25,378 bases of DNA from the NCBI GenBank assembly GCA_947065955.1, contig CAMSXY010000001.1:1-25378 (forward strand). The letters are read 5' to 3'. The notes under the pieces were generated by a model. That model was not told where the DNA came from, made no database searches, and saw only the letters and a program-made list of their open reading frames with translations. Source of the DNA: an uncultured Bacillales bacterium (GTDB lineage: Bacteria > Bacillota_I > Bacilli_A > RF39 > UBA660). Position numbers and translations under genes: made by a program. Within the stretch, counting starts at the first letter, position 1; each line of letters starts with the position of its first letter. This document shows, in pieces, positions 17,225-24,277 of the stretch.

Positions 17225-18312
17225 TTATAGATTTTGTTTTAAATGATTCAAGATGTCGATTGCTTTATCTTCATCATTTGGAATCATATGGGAATAAGTA
17301 CCCAGTGTCATATTGATATCAGAATGACCTAAACGTTCCGAAATAACTATAATGGTACATTCTTGGATAACAGTAAGGATGCATGACTATGCCTAAAGTC
17401 GTGTATTCTTATTTTTTTGACATTTGCTAAAGCACAATACTTATCTTTCTTTCTACCAATTGTTGTGGATGCGAGTGGATTTATTCCACCGAAGATATAC
17501 CAATTATCTTCAAAGCCTACACATGATTGGTAGAATTTTTTTAGTTCTTGTAATTGTAAAACCAAATCCTTATCAATTTTCACTTTCCGAATCGATCTTA
17601 ACGTTTTAGGAGTATTTACAATATACTTTCCATTTTTCTTTTCTTTGGAAATCGTCTTATGAATATCTAAAGAACCATTTATGAAATCGTTCCAAGTAAG
17701 AGCCAAACATTCTCCCTGTCTTAATCCTGTATAATAAAGTGTTTCAAAGAATGTTTTATAAACTTGATTCTCTACAACGGATATAAATTTTTGATATTCT
17801 TCATAAGTCCAAAAATCCACATTCTTTTTTAAATCCGTTTTTCTTTTAAAGTTACCTGTCATACTAGCAATGTTTTGTTTTAATCCATAGAATTTCATTG
17901 CATAGTTTAATATCGTTACCATAGCACCATGTAAACTACTGTTATATTTGTGTTTAAAGCCTTTTTCTTCGATTATACGTTGCCATTTGATATAAACACT
18001 ATTGGTAATCTTATTTAATCTGTAGTCTTTGAAATATGGAAGAATATAGTTGTTGAATCTACTAACAACAGAACGATAAGATTGTTGTTTCAATTTTAGG
18101 CTTATATGCTCTTTATATACTGTCCATAGTTCGCTAAAGAGTAGATTCGATATTTCTGCTCTATCCGATAGTTTAAACTCTCTTTCGGCCTGTAAAGCCT
18201 CTTTTTTAGTATCAAACCATTTTCTCTCAAATTGTTTGTGATTTCCATAAACATCTTCTGCATAAGTCCGAAATTTCCATTTCTTTGTTTTCTTATTTTG
18301 ATATACTGGCAT
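17225..18312 (-). pseudogene. Tyrosine integrase with a 1-nt frameshift near 17353
   Basis: The ORF has YYTGLRQGECLAL, PKT and HDFRHSHAS but stops at VPL*. The shifted frame continues IVISERLGHSDINMTLGTYSHM...QNL* to 17225, giving a ~362 aa reconstructed protein. Confidence 0.88.
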
Positions 18313-18592
18313 AATTTACTGCCGTATCATTCGCTATTACTTCTAAATACTGTTCTAACTTTGCCATTTTTGTGAGATATTCTAAATCAAGATTCAACTT
18401 TTCCACAATATATTGCATAGGAACAACTATTGTTTTCCCGTTAGGAACTTCTTTTCCACATTTATGAATCTCATTTATAATAGTATCTCGCATTTTAATA
18501 GCACTATCTCTGCCACAATCCATAATCTTCATAATATCATGAACATTTGCCCATGGCTTTGATAGGATGTTTAATAACTCGATACAGGACAT
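18293..18592 (-). CDS. Excisionase-like HTH protein
   Basis: Overlaps the integrase start; WANVHDIMKIMDCGRDSAIKMRDTI is a Xis/MerR-like HTH; RBS GAGGAGG. Confidence 0.6.
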   Translation of the reverse strand: MSCIELLNILSKPWANVHDIMKIMDCGRDSAIKMRDTIINEIHKCGKEVPNGKTIVVPMQYIVEKLNLDLEYLTKMAKLEQYLEVIANDTAVNYASISK

Positions 18593-18608
18593 TATTCACC
18601 TCCTCTCT

Positions 18609-18634
18609 ATACTGTCGAATTTGTCCGACAGTAT
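18609..18634. promoter_or_regulatory. Palindromic operator candidate over the xis-int transcription start
   Basis: ATACTGTCG-N8-CGACAGTAT, a perfect 9-bp inverted repeat. Confidence 0.6.
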
Positions 18635-18635
18635 C

Positions 18636-18664
18636 ATTATAGAACGTAACTACAATATTGTCAA
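18636..18664 (-). promoter_or_regulatory. Consensus sigma-A promoter of xis-int
   Basis: Minus strand TTGACA, 17 nt, TATAAT. Confidence 0.85.
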
Positions 18665-18683
18665 GAAAATCCGCCACTTTTTA

Positions 18684-18712
18684 TTGAAAAATATTTTGGG
18701 GTATGATATGAT
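18684..18712 (+). promoter_or_regulatory. Divergent promoter of the cargo operon
   Basis: TTGAAA (18684-18689), 17 nt, TATGAT (18707-18712). Confidence 0.55.
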
Positions 18713-18745
18713 TGTTATAGAAAGCCGATAAAGAAAGGATTTTTT

Positions 18746-19150
18746 ATGAATAAGGAACAATTATTAGAGTTAGTAGATAGCTTAGAATTACCAAAGGAAG
18801 AATACTATATTTTATCAAGTGGATGTTTACTTTTATATGGATTAAGAGAACAAGCTAAAGATTTAGATTTATGTGTATCAACAGAATTATTTGAAAATAT
18901 GATAATGAAATTTGATATAGATTTATCTTCTAAAAATGATTGTGGATTTTATCGTTTGAATGATTTAGTAGAAGTTGTTGTCAATGAAAAACAAGAATTT
19001 AATAGAGATTTCAAGGATGGCTATCCTGTAGAATCATTACAAAGTATTTTAGATTATAAGATAAATAGAAATGCACCAAAGGATCAAGCAGATATTGTCA
19101 ATATTCAAAATTATTTGAATAATCAAGAAAAACAAATGAAAAAGTTGTAG
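18746..19150 (+). CDS. Minimal Pol-beta-superfamily nucleotidyltransferase
   Basis: ILSSGCLLLYG...KDLDL (hG-like plus DxD motif); C-terminal PKDQADI resembles the KDxxD motif of AbiEii/DUF1814-type NTases. Confidence 0.65.
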   Translation: MNKEQLLELVDSLELPKEEYYILSSGCLLLYGLREQAKDLDLCVSTELFENMIMKFDIDLSSKNDCGFYRLNDLVEVVVNEKQEFNRDFKDGYPVESLQSILDYKINRNAPKDQADIVNIQNYLNNQEKQMKKL

Positions 19151-19160
19151 AGGTGTTATC

Positions 19161-19697
19161 ATGGATGAAAACAATTTAAAGTATGATCTAAAATTGATAT
19201 TGTTAGGGGCTCGTGAGAAGAAAGGTTATTCTCAAAGAAAACTAGCTCGAATTATTGGTATCCACCATTCTACTTTAAATGATATTGAAAACGGAAAGAT
19301 TAAAAAAATCGATGTAGAAGTATTACGAAAAATTGCAGAAGAACTAGATTTAAGTTTAGAGTTACTACTGAAAGCAGCAGGATATAATCAAGTAGTGAAT
19401 ATGTTTAAAACACAAAATGATCCGCTAGATAAAAAATCAACTAGAGATTTAAAAAATATGATAGAAAAGTATCAAGAATCACAAATGGATTTATTAGATG
19501 ATTCTGCTCAAAAAAGAGATAATGTAGCAAAATGTAGGACAAAATTACATCATATGATGATGTTGTTAGAGAAATATGATTATTACCAAGAAATATATCC
19601 AACCGAGAAAATATTAGCAGATGTGAAACAACTTTATGATGATTTGGAAATGAGTGCTGAAAAGTACGATTATAGTAAATTGCCTAGAGAGGAGTAG
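19161..19697 (+). CDS. XRE-family HTH regulator with helical C-terminal extension
   Basis: AREKKGYSQRKLARIIGIHHSTLNDIENGK...LRKIAEELDLS. Confidence 0.9.
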   Translation: MDENNLKYDLKLILLGAREKKGYSQRKLARIIGIHHSTLNDIENGKIKKIDVEVLRKIAEELDLSLELLLKAAGYNQVVNMFKTQNDPLDKKSTRDLKNMIEKYQESQMDLLDDSAQKRDNVAKCRTKLHHMMMLLEKYDYYQEIYPTEKILADVKQLYDDLEMSAEKYDYSKLPREE

Positions 19698-19703
19698 AAG
19701 CTA

Positions 19704-20132
19704 ATGAAATATGAAGATTTAGTGATAAAATCAAACAAAATCATAGAAGATATAAAAATAGAAATAAATAATCTAATGATTGGGATTTCGTATAAACTTG
19801 AATATAGAATTAAATCGGAAGACCATATTTATCGAAAGTTGGAAAAAAATAATTTAAAAAATATAACTGATGTAGAAGATATTATTGGATTTCGAATTTT
19901 AGTAGAGAATGAAGATTTATGCCATCGAGTTTATTCAATATTGGCTGATTATTATAACCCATATAAAATTTCTAATTACTTCGTTAATCCAAAGGATACT
20001 GGATTTAAAGCTTATATATTGAAATTAGATAAATATGATATAAATACTGAAATTCAAATTATGACATATGATATGAAAATCATTACAGAGGAAACACATT
20101 TTATTCATGAACAAACAAAGTATAATAATTAG
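19704..20132 (+). CDS. RelA/SpoT-type small alarmone synthetase-like protein (degenerate motifs)
   Basis: YRIKS..HIYRKL, DIIGFRI, NYFVNPKDTGFKAYI, EIQIMT correspond in order to the SYNTH motifs. Confidence 0.8.
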   Translation: MKYEDLVIKSNKIIEDIKIEINNLMIGISYKLEYRIKSEDHIYRKLEKNNLKNITDVEDIIGFRILVENEDLCHRVYSILADYYNPYKISNYFVNPKDTGFKAYILKLDKYDINTEIQIMTYDMKIITEETHFIHEQTKYNN

Positions 20133-20200
20133 TAGTTTAGGTATATAGGTGCTACAAGGCAATAATTATATTATTTTGTTTATTGAAGTGAGGTAAAAGT

Positions 20201-20872
20201 ATGCAATATGAAAATGAAAAATTTATTATTTTTTATAATCATAATGATGAAAATATTGAACAATTAATTGCTACACTAGAATCAAAATCTAAAGAAATCA
20301 TAAATTTCTTTGGTTTAGAAAACATTAGTCGAAAAGTCATTATCAAAATCTATTATTCAATCGATGATTATAAGAAACACTTAATACCTTATCTTGAGGA
20401 AATGGGGGAAACTTATCATGATTGGATGATAGCCGATACTATGGATGACAATATTAATATGCTAGAATTAAGTCTTTGTCGAGAGTTAAGTTCTCATAGA
20501 AATGAAACAATTCAAGATCAAATGCAAAATATTTTACATGAATTTGCTCATATATGTCATCATGAATTGCTAGGAGAAAATAATTCACATGGACATATAT
20601 GGTTTTCCGAAGCACTAGCGACAAATTTATCGGGTCAAGATTATAGTGGTACTCAAATTATTTGTACTTATAAAAAACTAAAAAATGACTTTAATAATGC
20701 CCCTAATAATTATCCAACATCGTATTTAATGGGAAATTATATGATAGAGAATTATGGAAGAGATTTTGTATTAGGTCTTATTAAAAATTGGCAATTATTA
20801 GATGAATTTGCTCCAAGATTATTTGAGGAAACCAAAGCATTTTATAATAAAAATGAAATGAAAAAGAAATAG
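20201..20872 (+). CDS. Zinc metallopeptidase (gluzincin-like, clan MA)
   Basis: ILHEFAH followed by WFSEALA (third-ligand Glu) and YPTSYLM; no signal peptide. Confidence 0.8.
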   Translation: MQYENEKFIIFYNHNDENIEQLIATLESKSKEIINFFGLENISRKVIIKIYYSIDDYKKHLIPYLEEMGETYHDWMIADTMDDNINMLELSLCRELSSHRNETIQDQMQNILHEFAHICHHELLGENNSHGHIWFSEALATNLSGQDYSGTQIICTYKKLKNDFNNAPNNYPTSYLMGNYMIENYGRDFVLGLIKNWQLLDEFAPRLFEETKAFYNKNEMKKK

Positions 20873-20881
20873 CACACAAAA

Positions 20882-21094
20882 CTATTTCTTTTCTATTGTA
20901 ACTGTATAACCATATTTTTTAGCAATTTTCATTAAGGTTTCAAATGTATATCTTCTAGTGCCTCTTTCATAACCTTGAACAGTCATTCCACTTAATCCAA
21001 TGTCATTTCCAAAGTCAGGCTGTTTTTTGCCAGTCCATTCTCTTAATATCTTTATAACTTCTTTTTCTTTATAATCATTAGCAACTATTTTCAT
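20882..21094 (-). CDS. Small XRE-family HTH regulator
   Basis: LREWTGKKQPDFGNDIGLSGMTVQGYERGTRR...LMKIAKKYG; RBS AGGAG. Confidence 0.88.
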   Translation of the reverse strand: MKIVANDYKEKEVIKILREWTGKKQPDFGNDIGLSGMTVQGYERGTRRYTFETLMKIAKKYGYTVTIEKK

Positions 21095-21109
21095 ACATCA
21101 CGCTCCTTA

Positions 21110-21165
21110 TTGACAAGCATACACTATGTATGTATAATTGTGATATAATCCATTCAAAATGTATG
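21110..21165 (+). promoter_or_regulatory. Consensus promoter with two CATWC-N5-GTATG boxes
   Basis: TTGACA (21110), 17 nt, TATAAT (21133); boxes at 21118-21132 and 21151-21165. Confidence 0.7.
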
Positions 21166-21187
21166 GAATATTAGAAGGAGAGATAGA

Positions 21188-21547
21188 GTGTATCAGAATG
21201 TACCTTATAAAGGAACTAGAGATGAGATAAGTGGTAAAGACTTGGAGAAAGTGAAATTAATAACCTTAAAAGAAAAGGAATTTCGTAAAAATCGATATGT
21301 AGAAGAAATGGCTCATTATGCAATGTTATGGTTGAAGTATTTTAGAAATGAGAATACAAGTTATTATAATTTGGTAAATGCGGTTTTATGTGATGAATTT
21401 CATTACAGTAAAATGGAAATTTCTAAAATGGTGAATGAATCCATTTATGTCTTAAAGAATAAGTATAATATTGATGTAACTTCCTATGATCCATTGATAC
21501 TATCATCATGTGTCCCATTTTATCAAATTAAAGAGAATGTGAAGTGA
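21188..21547 (+). CDS. Hypothetical protein (119 aa)
   Basis: RBS AGGAG with GTG start and an upstream consensus promoter; no recognised motif. Confidence 0.7.
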   Translation: MYQNVPYKGTRDEISGKDLEKVKLITLKEKEFRKNRYVEEMAHYAMLWLKYFRNENTSYYNLVNAVLCDEFHYSKMEISKMVNESIYVLKNKYNIDVTSYDPLILSSCVPFYQIKENVK

Positions 21548-21560
21548 TTCACATTAAGCC

Positions 21561-21587
21561 AAAAAGAAGTTAGGCCTACTAACTTCT
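21561..21587 (-). terminator. Intrinsic terminator
   Basis: AGAAGTTAG-GCCTA-CTAACTTCT with an A5 tract on the left, i.e. a U-tract on the minus strand. Confidence 0.65.
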
Positions 21588-21600
21588 ATATAAGGGTTTC

Positions 21601-21660
21601 AAAAGGGAAGATTCCCTTTGCACACCGTTATTGGCTTGCCAATATCGTAGTGTGTTACTA
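21601..21660 (+). other. MOB_V (pMV158/RSA-type) oriT
   Basis: CACAC-CGTTATTGGC-TT-GCCAATATCG-TAGTGTGTTA; inverted repeat followed by the conserved TAGTG^TGTTA nick sequence as in pMV158; extra hairpin AAAGGGA/TCCCTTT upstream. Confidence 0.7.
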
Positions 21661-21689
21661 ATTGGTTAGAAAGTTAATCATAATATTTG

Positions 21690-22118
21690 TTAATCTAGTC
21701 TCCATAGTTGAAACTTACCAGTAATGTTATTAACATCTTCTGTATTTCCATATATCACAGCTCCTAGATACTCTAGTTGATTATTTTCCTTTAAATTAAC
21801 AGAATTAACTAAATCATCATCTGTTTTAGTTTCTAACATATCATTGGGGTAGTCTGCTACTAATAAGTTTGGATTTTCCTTAGCTTTATCTATTGCATTT
21901 CTAAGTTTTGATGCTTTTACTTTTGTTATTATAAAAGGAAATCGACTAATTCCTAGATGACTTATTCCAGATTTATCAGTGATAATCGGTTTACCCATAA
22001 TCTCATTGCCTGAATATTTTCCTATGGAAATAGAAAGATGACCTATTATATTAAGTGCAACTTCTGGACTTACATTTGTTGCAATAATGCCTACAATTTT
22101 TTTATCTTCGTAATTCAT
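21690..22118 (-). CDS. DUF2000 family protein (PTH2-like fold)
   Basis: KKIVGII...VALNIIGHLSISIG, DKSGISHLGISRFP, LEYLGAVIYG...ITGKFQLW; RBS AAGGAG. Confidence 0.7.
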   Translation of the reverse strand: MNYEDKKIVGIIATNVSPEVALNIIGHLSISIGKYSGNEIMGKPIITDKSGISHLGISRFPFIITKVKASKLRNAIDKAKENPNLLVADYPNDMLETKTDDDLVNSVNLKENNQLEYLGAVIYGNTEDVNNITGKFQLWRLD

Positions 22119-22149
22119 ATTTTTTCTCCTTTATTATTTCGTTAAATTT

Positions 22150-22236
22150 CTAAAATAAAGGATAAAATACATTTTCAAGTACTTCAATTTTTGCCCATAA
22201 TTGTCCACCGTGCATGTTTCTTGGATATTTAAGCAT
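22150..22236 (-). CDS. 28-aa small ORF / possible leader peptide
   Basis: MLKYPRNMHGGQLWAKIEVLENVFYPLF*, RBS GGTGGTG, upstream extended -10 TGA-TAGAAT; ends 31 bp before DUF2000. Confidence 0.4.
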   Translation of the reverse strand: MLKYPRNMHGGQLWAKIEVLENVFYPLF

Positions 22237-22413
22237 TTTTCACCACCATAATCTATAAATCATTTGTTTAATACCATTATTCTATCACATTTTCTTTATT
22301 TTTACTATATTTCTATTGCATATTATATTGGTATTATTCTATCCATAGTTGGTGTTTTTATGTAATAGATTGACTATAGAATATGCCCCATTAATGTGTT
22401 ATAACATAGCATT

Positions 22414-23001
22414 TTAGTTCTTAATTTGCAACTTTAATTTGTTGATTAGTTCTTCTTTTTGATTAAGAAATAATTCTGTTTGATTAAATAATAGTATAGC
22501 TGTTCCTATATATGATTGGTAGCAAGATTTAATTTCAGAGTATGCTAGAAATTTACTATGGTTGATTATTCCGTTTGTAGCCAATTCAACTATAATATGA
22601 TTGTTGCTAAATGGCGCTTTTTCAAAAATACTAACTATTTTATATAATTCTGAATTAAATTTACCTTTTGCTTTAATATTATTTTTTATACATTCTTGAT
22701 CTAGCATACTTATATAATCTATGCACTTTTTATAGCATTCATTTAATAGTAGTTTTGCATATTTTTCTTGATTTTTAATTTTGTTTTTTTCCTTATCATT
22801 TATAATAAAGTATGTAATGATAAAAATAATTATAATAATAGTGTTATTAACTAATAAATTTAAAAAGTCATAATTAAAATTCGTTGTATTTACTCCTAGT
22901 TTTGTAAATATATTAAAATAGTCGCAACAAAAAAGTGTTGTTGAACATAATAGTATGATAGAAATAACATAAAATGGTTGTTTATTTTGAAAATTTTTCA
23001 T
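22414..23001 (-). CDS. Hypothetical membrane protein (two N-terminal TM segments)
   Basis: Hydrophobic FYVISIILLCSTTLFCC and NNTIIIIIFIITYFII, then a soluble helical domain. Confidence 0.65.
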   Translation of the reverse strand: MKNFQNKQPFYVISIILLCSTTLFCCDYFNIFTKLGVNTTNFNYDFLNLLVNNTIIIIIFIITYFIINDKEKNKIKNQEKYAKLLLNECYKKCIDYISMLDQECIKNNIKAKGKFNSELYKIVSIFEKAPFSNNHIIVELATNGIINHSKFLAYSEIKSCYQSYIGTAILLFNQTELFLNQKEELINKLKLQIKN

Positions 23002-23039
23002 TTTTCACTTTCACTTCGTTTTTATTATAACATATTATT

Positions 23040-24277
23040 TTATAATTCTCTTTCCCAATCTTTTTCATGGCAGAAATGCAATTTTTGATTGATTTCTTCC
23101 TCTTTTGAAGTATCTTTGCAAATATCTTCTACATCTTGTCTGTTATAGAAATCATGATTGTAATAGTCGATTACTTCCTTTGTTACAATGTCCTTTTCTT
23201 TTTCAGTACCTAAATGTAAGATTTTACGAAACATAAATTTTAAAGTTTGGAGAATATGGTGTAGATAGTATGTAAGGAATTGTTTTCTTGTTGTAGTTTT
23301 TCATTTTGATGTTTTAGGTTATTTACTTCATATTGAATATTTTGTTTTTCCTTTTCTAAATCTTTATAATTTTTTGTATAACTATATAATTCATGATACA
23401 AAGCCATTGTTTTAGGTGTTTCTTCAATAACTGCTTTTGCTTGTTTCATAAACTTTTCAATTTCATTAAAGGTATCCTTATCCATTTGGACTTTATTACC
23501 AATGATTTTATATTTTCGACTATTGATTTTAGTAGAAAGAGAATCATAGATACTTGTTAAGCGGTATTCTTGTTGTTCTAATCTTCTATCCTGTTTTCGA
23601 GTCATCTTTTTCATTTCTTTCATAGAAAGATGTATATTATCACTATTTTTGATACCTCTTTGTAAATCAAAATCATTTTTAACCATTCTATCGTGGTATT
23701 TGTCTTGTAATTCACTTAAATGGATTTTATCTCTAATAAACTGTTTCTTACTAATGCTATATTTTTCTGTATTAGTTCTTTTATCCAATTTACGAACTAG
23801 TGGAACAACGACACAATGAAGATGTGGTGTTTTCTCATCCATGTGGATAGTGGCATGCAATACCTGTTCTTTGGTATATCCTAAATCTTGATAAACGAAA
23901 TCCATGCAAGTATTTGCCCACTTGATAATTTCTTCTTTCGCCATATCTTTAAAAAAAGATGTATCACTTGTAAATAGCAATTCATCCGCAACTACACTTT
24001 TAGAATTATTTACCATATCACGAAATGATTTTTGTCTTTCTTTTCGTGTCATTTTCATTTTCTCATCATGTTCTTTCTTATATTCTTTTGTGATTTCATA
24101 GAATTGTTTTACATATCTATTATTACAAGGAATTATATCAATATTATCTTTGCTTAATTCTAATCGAATATTAGGATTACTTTTATAGGCTTGTTTCTCA
24201 CGTTTGTTATGGCTACCTATTTGGGCTAGATCGGAAAGTGTTTGAATTGGCTCACTTCTAAAAATCGCATAACTCAT
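23040..24277 (-). pseudogene. MOB_V (Pre/Mob) relaxase split by a 1-nt frameshift at ~23245-23300
   Basis: GSHNKRE (motif I), HATIHMDEKTPHLHCVVVP (motif III), coiled coil. The 64-aa ORF 23040-23234 continues it in the -1 frame (YLHHILQTLKFMFRKIL...EKDWEREL). The relaxase domain itself is intact. Confidence 0.8.

Noticed and set aside
6168-17609. Short ORFs 6168-6350, 11170-11388, 14490-14693, 15482-15667 and 17424-17609
   Set aside because: All are antisense to well-supported genes.
20768-20779. 12-nt match of spacer 1 to the peptidase gene (self-targeting of the IME)
   Set aside because: The match is only at the PAM-distal end; the rest mismatches; expected by chance.
22196-22206. 11-nt match of spacer 6 within the small ORF
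   Set aside because: The PAM-proximal base mismatches and there is no further identity. By eye no spacer has a full protospacer in the window.
22267-22277. TTTAATACCAT, complementary to the repeat 3' end
   Set aside because: Only 11 AT-rich nt with no flanking similarity.
23904-24101. Plus-strand 65-aa ORF
   Set aside because: Antisense to the relaxase domain.
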